Of a DNA stretch of 31,029 bases, positions 1 through 8,024 are shown one piece after another. Source of the DNA: a virus (taxonomy: Duplodnaviria; Caudoviricetes); the IMG/VR virus record IMGVR_UViG_3300038406_000323, positions 1 to 31,029 of that record; one strand, given 5' to 3'. Made by a program: the position numbers and the translations under genes. The notes under the pieces are model-generated. The model saw only the letters and a program-made list of their open reading frames with translations, did not search any database and was not told where the DNA came from. Numbering within the stretch: position 1 is the stretch's first letter; every line of letters begins with the position of its first letter.

Positions 1-60
1 GCCGACGGAAGCCATCCGTCAGGCTTTTCCCTCTCTCTGTGAGTTTTTTTGGTTACTAAA
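1..60. other. Probable genome-end/cos-proximal region: hairpin plus pyrimidine tract upstream of terS
   Basis: GACGGA-agcca-TCCGTC inverted repeat (4-20), then CTTTTCCCTCTCTCT and a T7 run. Position just upstream of the terminase genes is where cos sites usually lie (inference). Confidence 0.35.
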
Positions 61-146
61 TGTAGTGTCTGGTTTGGTGTGTTTTGCTCTGGGGTTGGTA
101 CTAGGCACCTTCCGGGTACCGTTCTGCGACCATATCGGACATTCAG

Positions 147-641
147 ATGGATGAGTGTGGTGCGGTGGAGGCCGCGGTCCGCAAGGATATTGAGGCATTG
201 GGGGATATCCATGGCGAGTTTCATCGGTCGTTAGCTGAGGTGGCCTACGTTTTAGCGAAAGCTGTCGATGAGTCGGGTACTGATGGGCCGGCGGCGGCTG
301 TGAACTGGGCACGGGAGCTTCGGATCACACTGGAGAGGTTGAGGGAGGTTGCACGTGACAGTGGCGGCGCCGATGAGGCTGGGCAACTCGGTACCCCTGT
401 TTGGGACGCCGCGCAGCCCGGACCGGCCGACGTTGGGCGGGGCGGTGGCGGAGGCGGCCCGCCGGTTGGGGAAGCCGCTGATGCCGCATCAGCGGATGAT
501 GGCCGACGTCGGATTGGAGTTGGACCCGGCGACGGGGCTGCTGGCGTACGGGGAGGTGATAGTGATCGGTCCGCGTCAGGGGACGGGGAAGACGGAGTTG
601 ATGTTGCCGGTGATGACTCACCGGTGTGTGGGGTTCGATGA
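147..641 (+). CDS. terS: Terminase small subunit
   Basis: Helical-looking N-terminal ~70 aa (SLAEVAYVLAKAVDE...WARELRITLERL) directly upstream of and overlapping terL. The C-terminal part is low-complexity overlap sequence. Confidence 0.7.
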   Translation: MDECGAVEAAVRKDIEALGDIHGEFHRSLAEVAYVLAKAVDESGTDGPAAAVNWARELRITLERLREVARDSGGADEAGQLGTPVWDAAQPGPADVGRGGGGGGPPVGEAADAASADDGRRRIGVGPGDGAAGVRGGDSDRSASGDGEDGVDVAGDDSPVCGVR

Positions 642-1938
642 GGCGCTGGTCCGGTGGGTGCGGGAGCAGTTGGGGGTGGTGGTGCACCCGCCGGGTCCGC
701 AGCGGGTTTTGTACACGGCGCAGACCGCGGATGCGGCGCGGGCGAAGTGGCGGGATGTGCACCTGGAGCGTCTGAAGGGGTCCTCGTTCTACAGGCCGCG
801 CCGGCAGTTCGGGTACCGGCTGCGGTTGAACCAGGAGGCGATGGTCTGGGAGAACAGGTCGATGTGGTCGCCGGGTGCGACGACGGGGAAGACTGCGGGT
901 ACGGGTGACACGTTGGACGTGGGGGTGATCGACGAGGCGTGGTCGCGGCCGAATAACCGGACGGAGTTGGGTATGCGGCCGACGATGATGACCCGTCTGT
1001 GGCGGCAGATGTGGGTGCTGTCGATGATTCCCGGGTTGTCGCGGGTGCGTCCGGATCAGTGGCCGTATCTGCGGGCGAAGCGGCAACTGGGCCGGCAGCG
1101 GGTGGCGGCGGGGGTGCGGCATGGGATGGCATTTTTCGACTTCGCAGCGGCCGATGGGTTGGACCCGCAGGATCCGGAGACGTGGTATTCGTGCATGCCG
1201 GGGTTGGGGCGGACGGTGCCGGAGCGGGCGATCCGGGAGGACTTCGAGTCGGGCATGCCGTTGGTGGATCTTCAAGCGGAGTATTTGGGGTGGGAGCCGG
1301 TGGAGACGTCGCCGCGGTGGACGTTGGTGTCTCAGCTGAGTTGGGATGAGCGGTACGACCCGGGTAGTGGGGTGGAGGGCCGGCCGGCGTTGGCGGTGGA
1401 GATGAATGAGGAGCGGGATCGGGGTTGGATCGGTGTGGCCGGGTACCGCCCGGATGGGCAGTATCACGTGGAGGTGGCGGAGCCGGGTGGTCGGGTTCCG
1501 TTGGGTGCGGTGGGTGTGGAGTGGTTGGAGCGGCGGGTGGTGGACATGGTGTCCGACCACACGCCGTGGACGGTGGTGGTGGATCCGCGTAGGCCGGCTG
1601 CGTCGCTGATCCAGCCGTTGAAGAACCGTGGGATCGATGTGTTGACGCCGGCGCAGCCGGATATTGCGGGGGCGTGTGGCCGGTTTTTCGACGCGACGGG
1701 TGAGGCGCAGGACCAGGACCAGGCTGATGATGGGATGCGGCTGTTCCATCTGGGGCAGCCGGTGTTGGACCGGGCGATGGGTCAGGCCCGCCGGCTGGAT
1801 TTGGGTGGCGGGTCGTTCGTGTTCGTGCGCAAGGGCACTTCGTCGGAGTTGGGGCCGTTGTATGTGTGTACGTTGGCTTTGCACGGTTTGGTGGTGAAGG
1901 GTTCGCAGGTTGTGCCGGAACCGGACATTTTCGTGTGA
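355..1938 (+). CDS. terL: Terminase large subunit
   Basis: Walker A-like GPRQGTGKT, Walker B VGVIDEA, C-terminal nuclease-like region. GGAGG at 344-348 fits GTG 355 (ORF track opens at 349). Confidence 0.92.
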   Translation: MTVAAPMRLGNSVPLFGTPRSPDRPTLGGAVAEAARRLGKPLMPHQRMMADVGLELDPATGLLAYGEVIVIGPRQGTGKTELMLPVMTHRCVGFDEALVRWVREQLGVVVHPPGPQRVLYTAQTADAARAKWRDVHLERLKGSSFYRPRRQFGYRLRLNQEAMVWENRSMWSPGATTGKTAGTGDTLDVGVIDEAWSRPNNRTELGMRPTMMTRLWRQMWVLSMIPGLSRVRPDQWPYLRAKRQLGRQRVAAGVRHGMAFFDFAAADGLDPQDPETWYSCMPGLGRTVPERAIREDFESGMPLVDLQAEYLGWEPVETSPRWTLVSQLSWDERYDPGSGVEGRPALAVEMNEERDRGWIGVAGYRPDGQYHVEVAEPGGRVPLGAVGVEWLERRVVDMVSDHTPWTVVVDPRRPAASLIQPLKNRGIDVLTPAQPDIAGACGRFFDATGEAQDQDQADDGMRLFHLGQPVLDRAMGQARRLDLGGGSFVFVRKGTSSELGPLYVCTLALHGLVVKGSQVVPEPDIFV

Positions 1939-1976
1939 CAGGGGTTGACTAATGGATTCTTGGTATGGGAGCCAAC

Positions 1977-2225
1977 ATGACCAAAGACATTGAGCATTAT
2001 CACCGGGAGTTACTGTCGATCATCGGTGAGCATGCGCTCGTAACCGGCCCACCGGTTTCGGTCGACGACGTGGGTCACGCGAAGATCCGGGCGTTGGTCG
2101 AGGAGATCCATGACCAGGGGTACGCGCTGGGCCAGCAACACGACGACCAGCGCTTCCCGCCACCGGCCGGGTTCGATGACTGGGTGTCCTACTTCCGTAG
2201 CCGTGCTCAGCCGGAGGGTCCGTGA
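1977..2225 (+). CDS. Hypothetical protein
   Basis: GGAG RBS before ATG 1977; fills the gap after terL with protein-like composition. Confidence 0.6.
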   Translation: MTKDIEHYHRELLSIIGEHALVTGPPVSVDDVGHAKIRALVEEIHDQGYALGQQHDDQRFPPPAGFDDWVSYFRSRAQPEGP

Positions 2226-2280
2226 GGACGAACCTTCACTGTGTGGGCGTCAATTGTGGGCTGATTTTGACTGATCGGGC

Positions 2281-4242
2281 CTATTCGATGGTGGTGGCGG
2301 TGGTCCGCCCGCCGAGGCTGGTGCGGATCGGCTCGTAGGGTGCCGCGACCTGGGCGGTGCCGGTGATGGTGGCGGTGGTCGGCCGGGTTCCCTGGGCTAG
2401 GGATATGAGTTGGGCGACGCCGACCGTGGTGGCGGTGACGGGTAGGGCACCGTCCACAGCCCGCATGGTGGTGGCCGTCCCGGTCAGGGTGGCGGTGACC
2501 AGCCGCGTGCCGTCGACGTCGACCTGGCCGAGCTGGATGATGTCCGCGGTGCCGGCCAGGGTGACGGTGGTCGGCCGGTTGCCGTCGACGGCCCGGATCA
2601 CGGTGACGGCCCCGGTCAGAGTGGTGGTGGTGGCCCGGTCGCCGTCGACCGGGTGAGCGACGGATGCGGCCCCAGTGGTGGTGACGGTGGTAACCAGGTC
2701 ACCGTCGACGGGACGGTCTGCGGCCGCGGTCCCGGCCTGGCCGGCGGTCACGGCCAGGGTGCCGTCGACGTCGACCGGGGCGCCGGGCACGCCTACGTCA
2801 ATGCTGCCGGTGGCGCCGGCGATGATGGCCGTGCTGCCGTCAACCGTGCGGGTGACGGCAGCGGTGCCGGACAGGGTAGCTGTGGTGGACCGGTCGCCGG
2901 CTACGGTCCGGTCGACTGCTGCGGTGCCGGTGGCGGCTGCGGTGGTTGGGCGGGTGCCGTCGACGTCGACTTGGCTGCCTGGCACGGCCACGTCGATGCT
3001 GCCAGCGATGGTAGCCGTGGTGGCCAGGTCGCCGTCTACATCCACGTTGGGGGCGGCCTCGGCGACCGAGAACTCGACCCACGAGTCAGCATTGTTGATG
3101 TTCAACGTGAAGTCGCGGGAGCCGCCACCGCCCGCCTTCTTCAGCCAGAGCGACACCGATAGCTTGTCGCCGGCGGCGAACGGACCGGCGAGCACCATGG
3201 TCTGCGTTTTCACACCGGTGGTGTTGTGCTCGGATGAGGCCGTGGAGCTTTCCTGCAGGACGTCGGAGCTGTTGTACCGATGCACTATCCACTGGTACCG
3301 CAATGTGGCCGCGGACACTGCCGCCATGGAAATGGACGTGTCGATAGGCACGCTGGCGTCCACCGTCGTACCGACGACCCGCCAGAACTCCAGCACCTTG
3401 ATGAAGCTGCCGGAGCTGATGCTGCCCGACCCGATTGTGGTCGGGGTGCCTTGGGTTTCGGACAGGTCATGGATGATCCCGCTGGCACCGGGCTCATCCT
3501 GGGTGTCACGCAGGAAGTTCCGCGACAGGGCCAGGATGCCGGCGGTGGCATACACGAAGTTGAGGTCGGTGACGGTGGTCGGGGTGCCCACGCCGAAGCT
3601 GGTCTCATCAGCCCGGTTGAGCGTGAAGTCCTCAACCATGGAGCTAGCGCTTGCCTGGGAGAACTCCCACCCGGATGCCGGGTCTGCGTCCCGCCAGTTG
3701 TCCAGATGCTCGTCGAGGCCGGCCGCCTCGATCGCCGTGTCGCCGAACGTGTCGGCCGCCCACGGCAGCTCGTTCGCCCAGATCGCCGCGGCGGCGTAGT
3801 CGGCACCCGGGCCCTCACCGGAGGTCGCATCCTTGGTTCGGACGCTGCCGCCCGTGGGCGCCACCCAGTCCAACTGGGTGTCTACGGCATCGTCATGGAC
3901 CCATATGCCGGTCGTAACGTTCTTGAGGCTGAACCGGGGGCGCACGTCCCCCGTGCCTTTGCGCGCGACCAGCAGGTGCCAGTCGTCGAAGGTGACAGAC
4001 GGTCCCTCGGTGGCCCAGATCGAGGCACCCTTCCAGAACAGCGTGCCGTTGCTCAGCAGCCCGACGCCACCGAGGTCCCCACCGGTCGCGTCGTACAGCT
4101 TCACCAGCCAGCGGAAAACCGTATCGGCCGACGGCCTAAACAGGACCGCGATCGTGCCGTACGTCGTCGCGTCAACGCCGCCGAGCCCGGTGGAAAACGC
4201 TACGTCGTCGGCGTTGCCGAGCCGGCGGACGACGATCGACAC
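2281..4242 (-). CDS. Fibre-like virion protein: N-terminal LamG/concanavalin-like beta domain, middle beta domain, C-terminal ~20-aa Thr/Val-rich repeats
   Basis: 653-aa ORF. Segments GTIAVLFRP...DDWHLLVARK...AAIWANEL resemble LamG-like folds. About 11 repeats of the type VDG-x3-TTATxxGTAxV. Confidence 0.65.
   Translation of the reverse strand: MSIVVRRLGNADDVAFSTGLGGVDATTYGTIAVLFRPSADTVFRWLVKLYDATGGDLGGVGLLSNGTLFWKGASIWATEGPSVTFDDWHLLVARKGTGDVRPRFSLKNVTTGIWVHDDAVDTQLDWVAPTGGSVRTKDATSGEGPGADYAAAAIWANELPWAADTFGDTAIEAAGLDEHLDNWRDADPASGWEFSQASASSMVEDFTLNRADETSFGVGTPTTVTDLNFVYATAGILALSRNFLRDTQDEPGASGIIHDLSETQGTPTTIGSGSISSGSFIKVLEFWRVVGTTVDASVPIDTSISMAAVSAATLRYQWIVHRYNSSDVLQESSTASSEHNTTGVKTQTMVLAGPFAAGDKLSVSLWLKKAGGGGSRDFTLNINNADSWVEFSVAEAAPNVDVDGDLATTATIAGSIDVAVPGSQVDVDGTRPTTAAATGTAAVDRTVAGDRSTTATLSGTAAVTRTVDGSTAIIAGATGSIDVGVPGAPVDVDGTLAVTAGQAGTAAADRPVDGDLVTTVTTTGAASVAHPVDGDRATTTTLTGAVTVIRAVDGNRPTTVTLAGTADIIQLGQVDVDGTRLVTATLTGTATTMRAVDGALPVTATTVGVAQLISLAQGTRPTTATITGTAQVAAPYEPIRTSLGGRTTATTIE
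2346..3045 (-). repeat. Intragenic tandem repeat, about 11 copies of a ~20-codon unit
   Basis: Units such as VDVDGDLATTATIAGSIDV, VDVDGTRPTTAAATGTAAV, DRPVDGDLVTTVTTTGAASV; recurring GCCGTCGAC in the DNA. Confidence 0.85.
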
Positions 4243-4254
4243 GGGGTCGAGCCC

Positions 4255-4569
4255 TTACCGGAGGGCTTCGACCTGCGGCGCGAACTCGCGGAAGTTCTTG
4301 ACTGCAGCTAGCGCCTCGCCGCCCAGGTAGATGCGCCGCAACTGCGCGTAGGCGTTGCTGACGGTGCCGACCAGGTTGGCGTCGGGCGCGTTGGTCTGGT
4401 CTGTGGGGTCGAACTGGAAGTTGTTGACCAGCCCAGCCACTCCCTGGCCCTGGAAGAATGTGTCGAACTGTCCGATCTCGTCCATCAGCTCCCGCAGCCG
4501 TACCGAGATCCCGCCGATTCTCGTGTTGATCATGGCTTTGTCTGTCAGCGCCATGTATCCAGCAGCCAT
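4255..4569 (-). CDS. Hypothetical protein in the inverted virion cassette
   Basis: 104 aa, GGGAG RBS, tightly packed with neighbours on the minus strand. Confidence 0.75.
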   Translation of the reverse strand: MAAGYMALTDKAMINTRIGGISVRLRELMDEIGQFDTFFQGQGVAGLVNNFQFDPTDQTNAPDANLVGTVSNAYAQLRRIYLGGEALAAVKNFREFAPQVEALR

Positions 4570-4585
4570 CGTCCCATCTCCCTGT

Positions 4586-4981
4586 TTATGCCGCCGCGAG
4601 CGGCGTGAGGCTGATCGAGTGCGCGGTCAGGTTGAGCGTGTCCCCGTTGGTGACCGCCTTCGCCGTGGTCAGCGCGAACGAGTACAGGAAGTTCCCGGCG
4701 GTGATGTCATCCCATACCGACATGTGGCTGATCGTCTCGGGACCCACGTCCCACGTTGTCCACGACGGCAAGGTTGTCGTGATGGCCTTCGCCCCGGCGC
4801 CAGCCGCAGCCCACGTCAGCGGCTTCCGTTCGTCTTCGACCGAGGCGGCCGACGTACCAGCCGCGCCGGGATCGCCGGTATGCAGCTTCACGTTGGCCGA
4901 AGTGGGGGCGGTGAACGCCGTCCCGGCCAGCATGTCCAGCCATCTGTTCGCCAGGTTCACGGCGTGCAGTCCAACGGCCAC
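4586..4981 (-). CDS. Minor virion/fibre-associated protein (LHTGDPG type)
   Basis: Motifs VKLHTGDPGAAGT and ISHMSVWDDITAGNFL resemble small actinophage proteins usually annotated as minor tail/tail fibre proteins; GAGGT RBS. Confidence 0.75.
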   Translation of the reverse strand: MAVGLHAVNLANRWLDMLAGTAFTAPTSANVKLHTGDPGAAGTSAASVEDERKPLTWAAAGAGAKAITTTLPSWTTWDVGPETISHMSVWDDITAGNFLYSFALTTAKAVTNGDTLNLTAHSISLTPLAAA

Positions 4982-4985
4982 GGTT

Positions 4986-5225
4986 CTACCTCACGTTCTC
5001 CTGGCCCACCCGGGGCCTCTGCAGCTCGTCGAGCACCTGGAGGATCTCCGCCGGCACCGCGAGTCCCTCGGCGATCATCTGGTCGCACAGGTCGACGATC
5101 CGGCCGAGCGGCCCGCGGGTCAGCTCGACCTCACCGGTGATCTCCAGTTTGTAGAGGTTGCCGTCGTCGCCGGGGATGATCCGATCGACGGTGAACGGGG
5201 TTCGGGTGGAGGTTTTGTCGTTCAC
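4986..5225 (-). CDS. Hypothetical protein, first gene of the inverted cassette, possibly leaderless
   Basis: 79 aa, GTG start with no RBS and a CACGAT -10-like hexamer 6 nt upstream. Confidence 0.65.
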   Translation of the reverse strand: MNDKTSTRTPFTVDRIIPGDDGNLYKLEITGEVELTRGPLGRIVDLCDQMIAEGLAVPAEILQVLDELQRPRVGQENVR

Positions 5226-5333
5226 GGCCTCATCGTGCCACAGTTAGAAGGCAAACGCCGATAATCCCCGACGAATCGCTGGCCGCAAGGGTCAGGCGCC
5301 TACGATTCGTAGGTTTTGGTGTATCTTGATGCC
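5226..5333. promoter_or_regulatory. Divergent promoter region with palindromic operator candidate
   Basis: CCTACGA-T-TCGTAGG at 5299-5313; TATCTT 6 nt before GTG 5334 on the plus strand; CACGAT 6 nt before GTG 5225 on the minus strand. Confidence 0.55.
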
Positions 5334-5696
5334 GTGGAGCGTGTCTCCGGATTCCGGGTGGTGCTGGTCGGTGGGTGCATGGTGGCCGGGGTCGGCCTGC
5401 TGGCCGGCCCCGGCTGGGCGCTGTTGACCGCCGCCGCAGTTCTTTGGGCCGTCCCAACCCCCGTCCTGGTCGCCAGCTGGGCCCGGCAGGCCGGTATTCG
5501 GGCGTGTGGCATGCTCGGCTCCGGCCGGCGGTGGATGGCCACGCACAGCCGTCGGGCGGCCGCGCTGGTCTCCGCCCCCGCCGCGATCGTGCTCATCCCG
5601 GTCGGCGTGGGCATCAGCTTCGGCGTCGGGTTCGCCCTGGTGTCCGCCGGGCTGATCTTCGGCGCCGGGGCGTTGCTCAGCGGCTGGAACGCGTGA
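5334..5696 (+). CDS. Small membrane protein upstream of portal
   Basis: About four hydrophobic segments; position directly before an HK97-type portal. ORF track opens at 5316. Confidence 0.7.
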   Translation: MERVSGFRVVLVGGCMVAGVGLLAGPGWALLTAAAVLWAVPTPVLVASWARQAGIRACGMLGSGRRWMATHSRRAAALVSAPAAIVLIPVGVGISFGVGFALVSAGLIFGAGALLSGWNA

Positions 5697-5703
5697 GGCC
5701 GCC

Positions 5704-7164
5704 GTGGGCTGGCTGACCGGCCCGAAACCGGAACCTGCCAGTAAGCAGGTGGCGGTCGTCGACGGTCGGCAAGGGTTCATGTCGATCCCGTCTGGTACTG
5801 GTGCTGGTGGGCCGAACCTGTCCGGGATGATCGAGCAGGACGGGTCGTTCGCGAACTATGCGAACGTCGGCTACGGCCGCAACGAGCTCGTGTACGCGTG
5901 TATCCGCTACCGGGCGGAGTCGCTGCCGCAGTCGGTGATCCGGGTGTACCCGTGGGGCGCGTCGCCCACCCCAGCCGGCAACGGTCCCGCCATTGACGAC
6001 CACCGGCTGCGCCGGCTGTTCGAGGCCCCGAACCCGGTGACCGACGAGTTTGAGTTCCTTGAGCTCAGCGTCACGTACAAGGATTTGGCCGGGACGTGTT
6101 TCTGGCTGGTTGTCAACGGCCGGGACGGGCTACCCACCCAGTTGTGGCCGGTGCGCCCGGACCTAGTTGGGGTGTTGCCGAACCCGCGGGACCCGGCGGA
6201 TTACGTGTGGGTGTACCGGCCGGACCCGGAGCGGCCGGAGATCATGGTCCCGGTCCCTGATGCGGGTTCCCCGCGGGCAAAAGGCGCGGAGACATCGATG
6301 ATCAGGATTCGGTATCCGAATCCGAATCCGCACAACCCGGCCGCCCGCTACTTCGGCCAGCCGCCGCTGCGCCCTGCGGCCCGGGCGACCACCCTCGACA
6401 ACGCGGCAACCGACTTCGTAGACACGCTGCTACGGAACCATGCCATGCCGGCGGTGGTCATCGAAACCGAGTCGGAGATCACCGACACGTTGCACAAACG
6501 GCTGCGGGCGAAGTGGCGGGAGGCGTTCTCCGGGTCGAACCGCGGCGCCCCCGCGTTCCTGCAAAAGGGCATGAAAATCCACCAGATGGTGTACAACCTG
6601 ACCGATCTGGAGTTTCCGGACCTGCGTGAGGTGTCCGAGGCGCGGGTGTGCATGGCCTTCGGAGTCGAACCGATCCTCATCGGGACGAAGCTCGGGTTGA
6701 CGCACAACGCGTACAAGGACTACCGCGAGGCTCGCCTCTCGTTCTGGGAGGAGGCGATGTTCTCCGAGCAGCGCCGGTTCATCGAACCTGTCCGTTCCCG
6801 GCTGCTGCCCCGGTTCGCCGGTGTGGGCCGGCGCCGGGTGATGGCCGCGTGGGACAACTCGGGTGTGCTCGCGCTGAAAGAGGCCGCGGGTGCGCTGTGG
6901 CAGCGGGGCACCGAAGCGCTGGCCCGCGGGGGGATAACCCGCAACGACTTCCGGCAGATGGTTGGCCTGGCGGCGGTGCCGGGTGGGGACGTGTTCCTCA
7001 CCCCGTCGGGGGTGGTGCCCCAGGAGATCGGTCAGGCACCGGCCGCGCCGGCGGAGGACATAGAGGCCAGCGCGGTGTTGCTGGCCGCCGAGTACGGGGT
7101 TGAGCTGAGCCGCGACGAGGTTGCGGGGCTGCAGGCCCGGGAGGGATCGGATCGTGGATGGTGA
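5704..7164 (+). CDS. HK97-family portal protein
   Basis: VYACIRYRAES, PNP, LWPVRPD, FGQPPL, VCMAFGVEP, ITRNDFRQMVGL and GGDVFL are HK97-portal-like motifs; synteny. Confidence 0.95.
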   Translation: MGWLTGPKPEPASKQVAVVDGRQGFMSIPSGTGAGGPNLSGMIEQDGSFANYANVGYGRNELVYACIRYRAESLPQSVIRVYPWGASPTPAGNGPAIDDHRLRRLFEAPNPVTDEFEFLELSVTYKDLAGTCFWLVVNGRDGLPTQLWPVRPDLVGVLPNPRDPADYVWVYRPDPERPEIMVPVPDAGSPRAKGAETSMIRIRYPNPNPHNPAARYFGQPPLRPAARATTLDNAATDFVDTLLRNHAMPAVVIETESEITDTLHKRLRAKWREAFSGSNRGAPAFLQKGMKIHQMVYNLTDLEFPDLREVSEARVCMAFGVEPILIGTKLGLTHNAYKDYREARLSFWEEAMFSEQRRFIEPVRSRLLPRFAGVGRRRVMAAWDNSGVLALKEAAGALWQRGTEALARGGITRNDFRQMVGLAAVPGGDVFLTPSGVVPQEIGQAPAAPAEDIEASAVLLAAEYGVELSRDEVAGLQAREGSDRGW

Positions 7165-8017
7165 GTGGCTGAGGATCGGCATCGGCGGTGTGGTCCCGAT
7201 CCAGTGGGATGTTTCCAAGGCTGACGACCCTGGCACCCTGACCGGGTGGGCGTCGGTCTACAACGTGGTCGATCAGCAGGACGACGTGGTGATGCCGGGC
7301 GCGTTCCGCAAGACGCTGACCGAGTGGCGCTCATCCAAGCGGGTCATTCCGCTGACATTGGATCACCAGAACAGCGCCGAGGGTGTGATCGGGTCTCTGG
7401 CCAAGGCGGAGGACACCGCGTACGGGTTGAAGACCACCTTCCGGTTCGCGGACATCGGCAAGGCCCAGGACGCCCGGAAGCTGGCCCGTGATGGGCACCT
7501 GAACGGGCTGTCGATCTGGGGTCCGATCTTCGCCAAGAGCTTCGAAACTGTGGCCGGCAAGTCGGTCCGGATCCTGCGTGAGGTGGGGCTGAGGTTCGTC
7601 GGCCTGACCCCCATTCCCGCCAACGACAGCTCTCTTGTGCTGACCGCCAAGGTCGACGACAAGACTCCCGGTCTGCCCGAGGCGTGGGTGACGGACATGC
7701 GCGCCGCCCTGTCGATTGCCAGCCCCGGGGTGCGCAAGAGCGCCGTCGACCAGTTGGTGGTCATGCAATACCAACCCGGCAAGGCCGCCGACCCGGCGGA
7801 ACCCAACAACGACGGCGGTGACGGTGACCCGGCCGCGGCACCGAACGCCGACCCCAACGACGCGGCCAAGTACGCTTTGTCCATCATCTCCGGGCCGGGC
7901 GACAGCCCACCCGGCGGCGAGCCGAGTGACTCACTCGCCGATCTCATGGCCTCCGTGGAGGCCACCACCGTCAGCTCTCAACTGGAGAGCCTGGCGGCCG
8001 AGCTCGGCAAGGAGTGA
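7154..8017 (+). CDS. HK97-family prohead protease
   Basis: GTLTGWASVYNVVD, LDHQ (His), GLSIW (Ser), PIPAN; acidic/Pro-rich C-terminal extension. Start GTG 7154 is inferred. Confidence 0.92.
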   Translation: MDGEWLRIGIGGVVPIQWDVSKADDPGTLTGWASVYNVVDQQDDVVMPGAFRKTLTEWRSSKRVIPLTLDHQNSAEGVIGSLAKAEDTAYGLKTTFRFADIGKAQDARKLARDGHLNGLSIWGPIFAKSFETVAGKSVRILREVGLRFVGLTPIPANDSSLVLTAKVDDKTPGLPEAWVTDMRAALSIASPGVRKSAVDQLVVMQYQPGKAADPAEPNNDGGDGDPAAAPNADPNDAAKYALSIISGPGDSPPGGEPSDSLADLMASVEATTVSSQLESLAAELGKE

Positions 8018-8024
8018 GTAAACC

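Noticed and set aside
245-1884. Long minus-strand ORFs opposite terL, and similar ones opposite capsid, GT and tape measure genes
   Set aside because: Pro/Arg/His-rich shadow frames expected in high-GC coding DNA; no motifs.
2357-4330. Plus-strand ORFs (2675-3799, 3280-4311 and others) that would restore co-orientation
   Set aside because: They are antisense shadows; the minus-strand ORFs have RBSs, tight packing and recognisable motifs.
2226-5260. Inverted repeats flanking the inverted cassette as recombinase-driven invertible ends
   Set aside because: Best match by eye is CCTTC-ACTGTG versus CACAGTTAGAAGG, 11 matches with a 2-nt gap, too weak to call inversion sites.
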